DNA of 64,000 nucleotides, from positions 704,001-768,000 of the forward strand of contig OZ219866.1 in NCBI GenBank assembly GCA_964291675.2, given 5' to 3'. Of this stretch, positions 1 to 9,178 are shown piece after piece. The notes beneath the pieces are model-generated. The model saw nothing but the letters and a program-made list of their open reading frames with translations, ran no database searches and was not told the origin of the DNA. Position numbers and translations under genes: made by a program. This DNA comes from Alphaproteobacteria bacterium. Its GTDB lineage: Bacteria > Pseudomonadota > Alphaproteobacteria > MPNO01. The number at the start of each line of letters is the position of its first letter. The stretch's first letter is position 1.

Positions 1-705
1 ATCAAGATGCGCGAGATCGGGCGCATCGTCCCGGTCGCGGTGACCGTCGCGGTGGCGGTCAACGACCAGGGCCGGCGCGAGGTGCTCGGCATGGCGATCG
101 GCCACTCCGAGGCCGAGACCTTCTGGACCGCCTTCCTGCGCGCGCTGACCGGCCGCGGGCTCAAGGGCGTCAAGCTGGTGATCTCCGACGACCACAAGGG
201 GTTGAAGGCCGCCGCGACCCGCATCCTCGGCGCCACCTGGCAGCGCTGCCGCATCCACTTCATGCGCAACCTGCTGGCCCATGCCGGCCGTCAGGGAAGG
301 CGCGTCGTGTCTGCCTTCGTCGCCACCGCCTTCGCCCAGGACGACGCCCAGGCCGCGAGCGCCCAGTGGCGCCTGGTCGCCGACCAGCTCAGGCCCAAGG
401 CGCCCAAGCTCGCCACCCTCATGGACGACGCCGAGCACGACGTCCTCGCCTACATGACCTTCCCCAGGGAGCACCGAACCAAGCTCCACTCGACCAACCC
501 CATCGAGCGGGTCCATGCCGAGATCAAGCGCCGAACCAACGTCGTCGGCATCTTCCCCAACGAAGACGCCGTCACCCGCCTGGTCGGCGCCATCCTGCTC
601 GAGCAGAACGACGAGTGGGCCGTTGCAAGGAGATACATGACACTGGAATCCATCGCTCAGACCAGCGACAATCTCACCGTCAAGCCGCCCGCCGTGGCAG
701 CCTGA
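1..705 (+). CDS. IS256-family transposase, C-terminal part (truncated by window start)
   Basis: Motifs GRREVLG, LVISDDHKGL, WQRCRIHFMRN, STNPIERVHAEIKRRT, IFPNE. Confidence 0.93.
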   Translation: MKMREIGRIVPVAVTVAVAVNDQGRREVLGMAIGHSEAETFWTAFLRALTGRGLKGVKLVISDDHKGLKAAATRILGATWQRCRIHFMRNLLAHAGRQGRRVVSAFVATAFAQDDAQAASAQWRLVADQLRPKAPKLATLMDDAEHDVLAYMTFPREHRTKLHSTNPIERVHAEIKRRTNVVGIFPNEDAVTRLVGAILLEQNDEWAVARRYMTLESIAQTSDNLTVKPPAVAA

Positions 706-775
706 CCCTACCGGCCCAACACGCCGGATACCGCGATCGGCGCCGGGCTCTTACACCACGTGGCGGGACACGATC
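1..775 (+). mobile_element. IS256-family element, right portion with terminal IR
   Basis: Transposase followed by CTTACACCACGTGGCGGGACACGATC (750-775), which resembles IS256-family right ends. Confidence 0.8.
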
Positions 776-780
776 CGGAT

Positions 781-866
781 TGGCCTTGCAGCATCTCCGA
801 AAAACACACAATTTCATTCATTTTGCACACAAATTTCTCATTTTCACGAGTCTATCTTGTAGTGGG
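781..866 (+). repeat. AT-rich diverged element, copy B
   Basis: 793-840 aligns ungapped with the reverse complement of 16219-16266 (34/48 by hand, core TTGCACACAAA); weaker match to reverse complement of ~14968-15058. Confidence 0.6.
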
Positions 867-1162
867 CGTTCTCGCCTGTCCGTTCGACACCAAGGAATTG
901 CGAGGCAGCCGATACCGCACCGGATACAGAGCGAGGCGCTTGTGCGCGCAGCCCCGTCGGCGTTGGCCATTCACTGCAGGTGTCCGGCAGAGCCGGGCGG
1001 TGCTCGCCAGATCCGCAAGCCATCGGAGCCGCCCGAGCCCGACGAAAAACGCCTGGAGCCGGGGCTGAGGCTCCCCCGTCGGCCACGGGGTGGTACCCCA
1101 CCCCATGAAGTAATGGGAGCGGATTTCTACCGAATCTCACAACTGCGTGGAGCCTCAGGCGA

Positions 1163-1224
1163 ACGCTGTCATTCGGCTCCAGGCAGATCGCCTAGATCGG
1201 GAAAAAGGAAGCAATGAGCAGCGT
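1163..1224 (+). repeat. Bulged inverted repeat overlapping the lpxA RBS/start
   Basis: ACGCTGTCATT (1163-1173) pairs with AATGAgCAGCGT (1213-1224); 1165-1184 matches reverse complement of 13744-13764 at 18/21. Confidence 0.5.
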
Positions 1225-2023
1225 CAACCCGTCGGTCCACCCGACTGCGCTCGTCGAGAAAGGGGCTGAGCTGGGGGAAGGAGTCCTGGTCGGCCCCTAT
1301 TGCACCGTCGGTCCCGAGGTAGTGCTCGGCGACGGGGCGCAGCTGATCTCCCACGTCGTCGTCGCAGGGCGGACGACTATTGGACCGCGAACGACGGTCT
1401 ACCCTTTCGCATCCATCGGATTGCCGCCGCAGGATCTGAAGTACCGTGGCGAGCCGTCCCGGCTGGAAATCGGCGCGGACATCATGATCCGCGAGCATGC
1501 AACCATGAACCCTGGAACCCGGGGAGGCGGCATGGTGACCCGCGTCGGCCAAGGCGGCCTGTTCATGACGGGTAGCCACGTTGCGCATGACTGCCAGGTC
1601 GGCGACGGCGTCATCCTCGCCAACCAGGCATCGCTGGCCGGGCACGTCATGGTTGGAGACTTCGCGATAATCGCCGGGCTGTCGGGCGTTCACCAGTTTT
1701 GCCGCATCGGCGCACACGCAATTGTCGGCGCTGTCTCGATGGTGGCACAGGACGTCATTCCCTACGGTTCGGCACACGGGGATCGAGCCCGCCTGGTCGG
1801 GCTGAACCCGGTCGGACTCAGGCGCCGGAACTTCGAACCCGACGAAGTGCGCGCCCTCCGCACCGCCTACCGGCTGCTATTCACAGCCGAGGGTGCCCCT
1901 GCCGAACGCGTGGACGACGTGGCCGACAACTATTCCGACAACGAGACGGTGATGGAGATCGTCTCCTTCCTGCGCGAGGAGCCATCCCGTCCAATCTGCC
2001 AGCCGACCTGTTATCCCGAATGA
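1214..2023 (+). CDS. lpxA: UDP-N-acetylglucosamine O-acyltransferase (stand-alone copy)
   Basis: Hexapeptide repeats; PQDLKY, HVAHDC, LAGHV, HQF and GLN-GLRRR motifs. Confidence 0.92.
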   Translation: MSSVNPSVHPTALVEKGAELGEGVLVGPYCTVGPEVVLGDGAQLISHVVVAGRTTIGPRTTVYPFASIGLPPQDLKYRGEPSRLEIGADIMIREHATMNPGTRGGGMVTRVGQGGLFMTGSHVAHDCQVGDGVILANQASLAGHVMVGDFAIIAGLSGVHQFCRIGAHAIVGAVSMVAQDVIPYGSAHGDRARLVGLNPVGLRRRNFEPDEVRALRTAYRLLFTAEGAPAERVDDVADNYSDNETVMEIVSFLREEPSRPICQPTCYPE

Positions 2024-2058
2024 GACCTGGCGACCAACGCGACTTTACGGCTGACGGG

Positions 2059-2104
2059 ATCGCCCTTGACGATGAAAGACTGCACGGGCGGCGACGAGGG
2101 CGAT
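2059..2104. repeat. Intergenic imperfect hairpin
   Basis: ATCGCCCTTGACG pairs with CGACGAGGGCGAT (11/13); loop contains TGAAAGACTGCA, similar to 7003-7015. Confidence 0.45.
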
Positions 2105-2201
2105 GTCGCGGGCGTTTCTTCGGTGACGGCCGAGAGGGTGTTGGTGGATCGCTGCGCCGGGAGGATCTAAGGGCGGGTCATAGAGGACAAAGACAGCAGC
2201 A

Positions 2202-2444
2202 ATGATCTGGATTCTGATCGTGGCCGTCGTGACGACGGCGGGCCCGAAACCGACGCTCGTGGCCCCCCTGAAGTACGAGACGCAGAAGGCCTGCGTCACG
2301 GCCGCGTTTCGGCTCGACCGGAAGTCGCTCGCGCCCTGGGTCCCGCCGGACGCCCGACTGCTGGCGTTCCAGCGCGCCTGCCTCGGCGTCGACCGGGACG
2401 GCAACCTGTATCCGGACGCATCGAGCGAGAGTGGCAGGACATGA
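2202..2444 (+). CDS. Small exported hypothetical protein with two Cys
   Basis: AGAGGA upstream, hydrophobic N-terminus MIWILIVAVV, GC3-rich codons. Confidence 0.6.
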   Translation: MIWILIVAVVTTAGPKPTLVAPLKYETQKACVTAAFRLDRKSLAPWVPPDARLLAFQRACLGVDRDGNLYPDASSESGRT

Positions 2445-2496
2445 TCAAGTAAACGGCGGACTGAGAGAAGACGCCGGTAGCAGCGTCGTGGAGGCG

Positions 2497-2991
2497 GTGA
2501 CATCCCTCCGGCCAAGGCGCGGTTATTCGGGCGCTCAGATCGCGCTGCACTGGATAGTCGTGACAGTGGTGGTATTGCAGGTGTTCGTTCTGAACGAGAC
2601 AATCGGCGACGTCTTCGACGGCGAGACGGTGAGTTCGACCGATGCCTTTTTCGCCGATCTGCATGTCGCGGGCGGCATCGCCGTATTCATCGCGGCGCTT
2701 GCGCGGCTCTATCTACGGTTCACCCGCGGTGTGCCACCTCTTCCCGGGGACGAGCCTCCGGCCATGCGATTCGCCGCCCACGCGACGCATTTCGCGCTTT
2801 ACGCCATCATCCTGCTGATGCTGGTGACCGGCGCGCTTGCCTGGTGGCTCAGCATCGAGCTGATGGCCGAGATACACCAGTTCGGCGAAACTGCGATCTT
2901 CGCCGTGGTGGGGTTGCACATCGCCGGCGCGTTCTACCAGCGCTTCGTCGCCCGGACGAATGTGCTGCGGCGGATTTTGCGACCGGAATGA
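2497..2991 (+). CDS. Cytochrome b561 (CybB/YceJ-like)
   Basis: YS..QIALHW, DLH, H.ALY, EIH, GLHI.GA; four TM segments; start uncertain. Confidence 0.88.
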   Translation: MTSLRPRRGYSGAQIALHWIVVTVVVLQVFVLNETIGDVFDGETVSSTDAFFADLHVAGGIAVFIAALARLYLRFTRGVPPLPGDEPPAMRFAAHATHFALYAIILLMLVTGALAWWLSIELMAEIHQFGETAIFAVVGLHIAGAFYQRFVARTNVLRRILRPE

Positions 2992-3383
2992 CATCAATCT
3001 GGCTTCTCGTCGTGGCCGCGGCTGGTGAACACCTGTTGCTCGTCGCCACCGCTCACGCGGAACACCGCACTGGCGGCGTCTACGACAGGCCCATGCTGGT
3101 GCGCGCCGGGGTAGACGATCTCGGGATCACCCTCGGCAACGTCCTGGAGTGCGCCCAGAAGAAGACCGCGGTGGAAGTGATCGTGTCGGGGAACGCACTC
3201 ACCGCGATCCTCGCCGACTGGAGCGGCCGGATCCGGCTGAACTTCCACGTCTCGCGGCAATCGGCCTACATGACCAGCATGGTGTTCCCGAGCAAACAGG
3301 TCTACCGCGACTTCTACGTCAAGCGCCTGCTGGCCCCGCTGCTTGCGTCGGGTTGCCCCGGGCAGCCGAAAAACCGGCCCTGA
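2988..3383 (+). CDS. Exported hypothetical protein
   Basis: ATGA overlap with the cytochrome b stop; signal-like N-terminus ending AHA; GC3-rich codons. Confidence 0.55.
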   Translation: MTSIWLLVVAAAGEHLLLVATAHAEHRTGGVYDRPMLVRAGVDDLGITLGNVLECAQKKTAVEVIVSGNALTAILADWSGRIRLNFHVSRQSAYMTSMVFPSKQVYRDFYVKRLLAPLLASGCPGQPKNRP

Positions 3384-3433
3384 CGCCATGGCGGGGCCGG
3401 TGGCCGGGTCGGATCAAGCCCTTGCCCGGCTCT

Positions 3434-3467
3434 CGGGCCGGGAGGATCCAGCTCTCCTCCCGGCCCG
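3434..3467. repeat. Perfect 13-bp hairpin upstream of the acylase RBS
   Basis: CGGGCCGGGAGGA-N8-TCCTCCCGGCCCG; no U-tract. Confidence 0.6.
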
Positions 3468-3486
3468 TCATCACAGGAGACGATCG

Positions 3487-5757
3487 ATGAACCCCAGGAA
3501 CGCATTCCTCTGCGCCGCGATCGCGGGATTGGCGGCGGGCTGCGCGTTTCTGGCGCCGCTGCCGGAGGAGACCTCCATCCAGCAACGGCTGTCGGCATTC
3601 CCGACCTCGGGCTTGCCGCTGGAAGGGCGCGTGACGGTCCACTGGGATGAGCATCAGATCCCGTTCATCGAGGCCGAGCGCGATGGCGACGCGGCGTTTG
3701 CGCTCGGCCTGGTGCATGCCCATCTCCGGCTCGGCCAGATGGAGGCCTATCGCCGCATCGCACACGGCCGGGTCGCGGAGATGGTGGGTCCCTTCGCCAC
3801 CGACATCGACCACGCGCTGCGGATTCTCGATTTCAGCCGCGCGGCGGAGGAGATCGAGGCGGGGCTACCGAGGGCGACGAGGGTTTGGCTTGAGCGGTTC
3901 GTGGCAGGGATCAACCATCACCTGGAGACCGCCGGGGAGCTGCCCTACGAGTTCGGCGCGCTCGGTCTGGACCGCGAGCCGTGGTCGATCCGGGACGTGC
4001 TCGCCTTCGGGCGCCTCGCCGGGACCGATGTCAACTGGCTGGAGTGGCTGGACTTGCTGGGGCTGCGCGGTCGCGACGACTGGCCCGCGCTGTGGGCGCG
4101 GCTGATCGAGAGCGGATCGTCTTCAGCGACCAGCTTCGGGGCACGCGAGAGCGCCGCGCATCTGCGGACCCTGCTCAGCGGGTTGAGCCGGTCGGGCAGC
4201 AACAGCCTGGCGGTGGCGCCCGGGATGAGCGCCACCGGCGCCGCGATCATGGCGAACGATCCGCACCTCGGCATCCGCCTTCCCAATATCTGGCTGCTGG
4301 CCGGGATCAAATCGCCATCCTACCACGCGGTCGGGCTGATGGTTCCGGGCATTCCTTTCATCGCCGTCGGGCGCAATCCCTGGATAGCGTGGGGCGGCAC
4401 CAACATGCGCGCGGCGTCGAGCGCGCTCTTCCATGCCGAGGATGCCGTGATGACCACCCGGCGCGAACGGATCGCCGTGCGCTGGTGGTTCGACCGCGAG
4501 GTTGAGGTCCGCGAGACACCGTGGGGCCCGGTCCTGTCTGATACGCCGCAGCTCGCCGCCGCCATGGCAGCGTCCCGCTCGGGTCCGTTCGCTCTCAGCT
4601 GGACCGGCCATCTGCCGAGCGACGAGATCAGCGCGATGCTGGAAGTGAGCCAAGCGCGGAGCTTCGCGGAGTTCCGCGAGGCGCTGTCGGGCTTCGCGGT
4701 TCCGGGTCAGAACATGCTGTATGCGGACAATGACGGCAATATCGGCCAGGTAATGGCGGTCCGGCTCCCCGGGCTCGGCGACGCGGCGCCCGAGGACCTG
4801 GTGCTGGCGCCGGACAAGCATGCGGAGCGGTGGGCCGGGATGCGGGGCACCCTGGACCTGCCGTTCAGCCTCAATCCCGGGCGCGGGTTTCTGGTCTCGG
4901 CCAACAACCGGCCGACCGCGGCGGCGGGTCGGGTCGGATATTTCTTCTCGCTTGACGACCGCGTGCTGCGCATGACCGAGCTGCTGCGCGGCGGCGGGAT
5001 CGGCGTCGACGACGTCAAGGCCATTCAGCAGGACGTCCACAAGGCCTCGGCAGCCGCGCTGCGCCGCATGTTCGTGGAGAGGATCGATGCATCGGGTGTC
5101 GCCGGGAGCGCCGGCCAGGACGGAGAACGCGCGCTGGCGCTGATGCGCGAATGGGACGGGCGCTACAGCCCGGATTCGCAGGGCGCTCTTGCGTACGAGG
5201 CCTTCCGCGAGGCTTTCGTCCGGTCCTTCTACTCCGCCAGGCTGGGCGCAACCGGCGCGGACGCCTATGCCGACGCGGGCCGTGTCGAGAGGCTGACGAC
5301 TACCGATATCGAGCGCGCCGGCGCAGCCGAGCTTAGCGCCGCGCTGGAGACGGCGCTGAGCACGGCCGGCGCGGTCGTGGCGAGGTTCCCCGACTGGGGC
5401 GCCATGCACCGGCTCGGCCTCGATCACCCGCTGTCGCTGCTGCCCCTCGTCGGCGGGCGCTTCCGTTTCACCGATGTCCCGGTTGGCGGCGCCAACGACA
5501 CGTTGATGAAGACAGCCCACCACACCGGCGCCGAGCGTCACTTCGTCGACTACGGCTCGAACGCGCGGCATATCTCTGACTTGTCCGATTTGGACCGCAA
5601 CTACTTCGTCCTGCTCGGCGGCCAGGACGGGCATATCGGCAGCACGACCTTCCTCGACCAGACCGAGCTCTGGCTCGACGGCGCCTACATCCAGCTGCCG
5701 CTCAGGATCGAGACCGTGCGCGAACGCTTTCCCTTCCGCACCGAGCTCCGCAATTGA
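3487..5757 (+). CDS. Penicillin acylase family (S45 Ntn-hydrolase), probable lipoprotein
   Basis: AGGAGA RBS; lipobox-like LAAGC; GSNSLAV nucleophile site, ANDPHL, QNMLYAD, SANN. Confidence 0.9.
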   Translation: MNPRNAFLCAAIAGLAAGCAFLAPLPEETSIQQRLSAFPTSGLPLEGRVTVHWDEHQIPFIEAERDGDAAFALGLVHAHLRLGQMEAYRRIAHGRVAEMVGPFATDIDHALRILDFSRAAEEIEAGLPRATRVWLERFVAGINHHLETAGELPYEFGALGLDREPWSIRDVLAFGRLAGTDVNWLEWLDLLGLRGRDDWPALWARLIESGSSSATSFGARESAAHLRTLLSGLSRSGSNSLAVAPGMSATGAAIMANDPHLGIRLPNIWLLAGIKSPSYHAVGLMVPGIPFIAVGRNPWIAWGGTNMRAASSALFHAEDAVMTTRRERIAVRWWFDREVEVRETPWGPVLSDTPQLAAAMAASRSGPFALSWTGHLPSDEISAMLEVSQARSFAEFREALSGFAVPGQNMLYADNDGNIGQVMAVRLPGLGDAAPEDLVLAPDKHAERWAGMRGTLDLPFSLNPGRGFLVSANNRPTAAAGRVGYFFSLDDRVLRMTELLRGGGIGVDDVKAIQQDVHKASAAALRRMFVERIDASGVAGSAGQDGERALALMREWDGRYSPDSQGALAYEAFREAFVRSFYSARLGATGADAYADAGRVERLTTTDIERAGAAELSAALETALSTAGAVVARFPDWGAMHRLGLDHPLSLLPLVGGRFRFTDVPVGGANDTLMKTAHHTGAERHFVDYGSNARHISDLSDLDRNYFVLLGGQDGHIGSTTFLDQTELWLDGAYIQLPLRIETVRERFPFRTELRN

Positions 5758-5802
5758 AGTAGACATCCGAACCGAACACCCTGCGTCAGGGCTCTTACGC
5801 TG

Positions 5803-5856
5803 GATAGGAGCGCCGCCCAGGTTTCCTCCGGTTCCCCGAGCGGCGCTCGCCTATCG
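5803..5856. repeat. Intergenic bulged hairpin related to the 13.7 kb element
   Basis: GATAGGAGCGCCGC pairs with GCGGCGCT(CG)CCTATC; 5806-5821 resembles reverse complement of 13717-13733; both are followed by CCTATCG. Confidence 0.5.
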
Positions 5857-6074
5857 TGAGGACGTCAACGAAAAGGGAGAGAAGCATGAAGACCATCCCG
5901 GCACCAACCCCCATACACCGAACAATTCGAGCAGGACCCGGTGGATTCCCGTCAGCAAGCGTGCGCGCTCTCACAACAGCATCGACAAGAAAAGCGCTTG
6001 AGAGCAAGGAATCAATGAAGGCGACGGCGGTTGGCGGCAAGTTCCTCTCAGGCCAGCACGAGGCAGCGGAGCTT

Positions 6075-6830
6075 GTGAGCGGCAAGAGCCGAAGCTGCGC
6101 GGTCCGGCGCGCGATCTTCGGCGCGCTGGCGCTTGCATTCATTCTTGGCACACGTCCGTCCCCGGGGACGGAGATCGAACACCTCGACGATCTCACTGAC
6201 GCTCAGCCGTCTCTGCAATCGGCCATTCAGCGCGACGGAGCCAACGGTTTCGCGTCGCTGGCCGGGTTTGCGCTCGACGGGATGCTGTTCGGCGTTGCCG
6301 GATACTCGACCGGCCGGTTGGCCGGTGGCGCTCTGGTCGAGTATTTCGATGGGGACTTGTTCGACGGGGATACGGTCGACCGAGACCTGTTGGGCGGGGC
6401 ATGGGGTGCAGCGCGGCTCCCGGATGGCGCCTACGTCGAGTTGCGCGCCGTCGGCGGCGACGACAATTTATGGATGACGCGGATTCATGCCGAACTCGAC
6501 ATCCCATTGCCGCCCTATCTGTTGCTCACGCCCTTTGTCGTCGGCACCTACGCAGAAGAGAACGGCGTGGACTTCGAACGCGGCGAGGCTGGGGCAAGGC
6601 TCGGCACCAGGACGGAGGGGCCCGTGTCCTTCGCCGGTATCGAAACTTCCGGGCCGGTCGGTTTCCAGGCCGGGATCGGCGGTATCGATTCCAACGCCTA
6701 CGACCCTCGACTGCGGGCGACCGCCGGTATGGGCTTGCCGTTCGGCTCGATCCGTCTCGGCATTGGAGCCCGCTACACCACGGGTGTGGATGAGCTGGGC
6801 GTCGGCGGTTCGGTCAAGTTTTCCTTCTAG
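6075..6830 (+). CDS. Putative outer-membrane beta-barrel protein
   Basis: Signal-like RRAIFGALALAFIL, alternating Gly/aromatic strands, C-terminal VKFSF; start uncertain (frame open from 5856). Confidence 0.55.
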   Translation: MSGKSRSCAVRRAIFGALALAFILGTRPSPGTEIEHLDDLTDAQPSLQSAIQRDGANGFASLAGFALDGMLFGVAGYSTGRLAGGALVEYFDGDLFDGDTVDRDLLGGAWGAARLPDGAYVELRAVGGDDNLWMTRIHAELDIPLPPYLLLTPFVVGTYAEENGVDFERGEAGARLGTRTEGPVSFAGIETSGPVGFQAGIGGIDSNAYDPRLRATAGMGLPFGSIRLGIGARYTTGVDELGVGGSVKFSF

Positions 6831-6931
6831 CCGATGGGAAGACCGGCCCAAGACCGTCTGCCATGGGAGACGAGCTCCGGTCTGATCGACCGAGCCCGCG
6901 GATCGAAAGGCAACATGCCGGTATCCGGCGA

Positions 6932-7023
6932 CGGAGCGGTTCAGGAAGACGTTGAAATCTTCCTTGCCGAATCAGGGCTCCGCGGGGAACGCCATGCGGA
7001 AATGGAACGACTGCATTTCCGCA
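6932..7023. repeat. Two intergenic hairpins
   Basis: Bulged stem CGGAGC-GGTTC-AGGAAGA / TCTTCCT..GAATC..GCTCCG (6932-6982) and perfect TGCGGAAATG/CATTTCCGCA (6995-7023). Confidence 0.5.
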
Positions 7024-7084
7024 CCGACCACCCGCAGGACGAGCACGCCTCGTCGAGCCGGCGAGGGGAGTTCCGTAGCATACC

Positions 7085-7678
7085 ATGAATTTTAATCCGC
7101 AGGAGCGCATCGCCATTTTCATCGACGGGTCGAACCTGTATTCGGCGGCCCGCGCGCTCGGCTTCGACATCGACTACAAGAGCCTCCTGGACCTGTTTTC
7201 CGCCCAGGGACGGCTGGTGCGGGCGTTCTACTACACCGCCCTGGTGGAGGATCAGGAATACTCGCCGATCCGCCCGCTCGTCGACTGGCTCGACTACAAC
7301 GGCTACACGGTGGTCACCAAGCCCACCAAGGAATTCACCGACGCGATGGGGCGCCGCAAGATCAAGGGCAACATGGATATCGAGCTCGCCATCGACGCGA
7401 TGGAGATGGCCAAGAAGGTCGACCATATCGTCCTGTTCTCGGGCGACGGCGACTTCCGCCGGCTGATCGAGGCGGTGCAGCGCGAGGCGGTTCGCGTCAG
7501 CGTGGTCTCGACGTTGCGGTCCTCGCCCCCGATGGTGGCGGACGAGCTGCGCCGTCAGGCCGATTCCTTTATCGAATTGCAGGATCTCGCGCCGCAGATC
7601 GCGCGCGCTCCCCGCCAGACCGAGAGCCGCATCCCGACCCCGGCGCGGCCGGACTTCGATACCGTCGACATCGACTGA
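7085..7678 (+). CDS. NYN domain protein (LabA/DUF88)
   Basis: FIDGSNL, KGNMDIELAID, LFSGDGDF, LRRQADSF. Confidence 0.92.
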   Translation: MNFNPQERIAIFIDGSNLYSAARALGFDIDYKSLLDLFSAQGRLVRAFYYTALVEDQEYSPIRPLVDWLDYNGYTVVTKPTKEFTDAMGRRKIKGNMDIELAIDAMEMAKKVDHIVLFSGDGDFRRLIEAVQREAVRVSVVSTLRSSPPMVADELRRQADSFIELQDLAPQIARAPRQTESRIPTPARPDFDTVDID

Positions 7679-7915
7679 CCCCCGCCGTTCGCGACTGGAT
7701 CCGCGCCGGCCTCAGCGGAACGGTGACCCCATGCACGAAGCCGCGGGCGATCAAGCGCCTCCAAAGATCGAAGCTGTGGAAGACGGCCCAAAAAATGTAC
7801 CACGCGCGAGGCTTCCCACGACCCCGCTTTCGGCCTGTGCGAATCCCGCGAGTCAACCGCTCTCGGCAGTCTCGTGCGGTGCCAGCATCTGGCCCCTGAT
7901 CCCGTTCACGGCGCC

Positions 7916-9055
7916 TCAAACCGGCCCGATCTCGAGCAGCCTGCGGGCGTTCCCGTGCGCGATCTTCTCCTTCGTCGCCCGGGGCAGGTCGACGGCCCGG
8001 AACCAGTCGGCGCCCGCCCTGGCGCTCGCCATGGGATAGTCGACCGAGAACATGATCCGGTCCTCGCCGATGGTCGCGAGCGCAAGCGCCAGCAGCTCGT
8101 CTCGGAAGAAGGCGCTGGTGGTGATCCAGAGATTGTCGTGGAAGTATTGCTGCACGGGCTTGTGCAGCCGCTTCTTCGCGATGCGGTCCAGGTCCTCCCC
8201 GACCCGCCAGTACCAGAAGGGAAGCCCCTCGCCCATGTGGCCGACGACGATCTGCAGCCTCGGGAACCTGTCGAAGGTGCCGGCGACGATCAAACGCAGG
8301 CAATGGAGGGCGATCTCCTGGTGCCAGCCATAGCCGGGGCCGCCGAGAATCTTGCTCGCCAAAGCGTTGCCCAGCCCGTCATAGTAGACCTCCCTGACCC
8401 TGGGTGACGGCCAGTTGGGGTGGATGTAGATCGGCACGCCGAGCACCTCGGCGCGGGCGAGCAGCGGCGCGAAGCCGGCGTGGTCGAGGAACCTGCCGTC
8501 GATGGGGCCGTAGCTCATGCAGCCGACGAAGCCGTGCTCGTTGACCGAGCGATCGAGCTCGTCGGCCGCCGCCTCCGGCTGGCCGAGCGGCAGGGTGGCA
8601 AAGGCGCGGAACCGGTCCGGCCAGGCCGCGACGACTTCCTCGGCGATCCGGTTGTTGAGCCTGCGGGCGAAGGCCGCGCCCTCGGCGCCGGGCAGGTTCT
8701 GGGCGCCGGGCGTCACCGCCGAGAGCACCTGGATGCCGATCCCCGCCGCGTCCATGTCGGCGATCCGCCCGGCGCCGAGCTCGAGGAGCTCGGGCCTTCT
8801 GCCGCCGCCCGAGAAGAGGCGCTTGTCCGTGCCGGCGTTGAGGCGTTGCAGCTCGCGGGTCGTGAAGTGTTCCTCCAGCGCGATGAGGAACAGCTTCCCG
8901 TCGCCGTCCGGGGTATCCGCCAGGGCGGCGCCGAACGGCCCGGCCGTCGTTGCCGCGGCGGCGGCGCCGAGGCCCGTGGCACGGGCGAGGAACGCGCGCC
9001 GGCTCAGGGCGCCGTGCGCCGCCAGGCGGCGGTTATCCGTATGCGTGTGGGTCAT
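7916..9055 (-). CDS. Amidohydrolase_2 family (aromatic-acid decarboxylase-like) with Tat signal
   Basis: SRRAFL signal; IALEEH, IYIHP, GHMGE, FSVDYP. Confidence 0.85.
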   Translation of the reverse strand: MTHTHTDNRRLAAHGALSRRAFLARATGLGAAAAATTAGPFGAALADTPDGDGKLFLIALEEHFTTRELQRLNAGTDKRLFSGGGRRPELLELGAGRIADMDAAGIGIQVLSAVTPGAQNLPGAEGAAFARRLNNRIAEEVVAAWPDRFRAFATLPLGQPEAAADELDRSVNEHGFVGCMSYGPIDGRFLDHAGFAPLLARAEVLGVPIYIHPNWPSPRVREVYYDGLGNALASKILGGPGYGWHQEIALHCLRLIVAGTFDRFPRLQIVVGHMGEGLPFWYWRVGEDLDRIAKKRLHKPVQQYFHDNLWITTSAFFRDELLALALATIGEDRIMFSVDYPMASARAGADWFRAVDLPRATKEKIAHGNARRLLEIGPV

Positions 9056-9178
9056 GATGCGTTTCCCCTGTTTGTGGCGCCCGCGCCCGCATGGACGCCG
9101 CGCGCTCGTGGAAACCGGCGCGGCTGCACTGTCGGGGGCTCGGGCCCTCCGCGCCGCCGGCGCCGGAAGATGGGTCTC

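Noticed and set aside
6834-7088. Small ORF overlapping the NYN start
   Set aside because: No recognisable features and the region is dominated by hairpins; not excluded, but unsupported.
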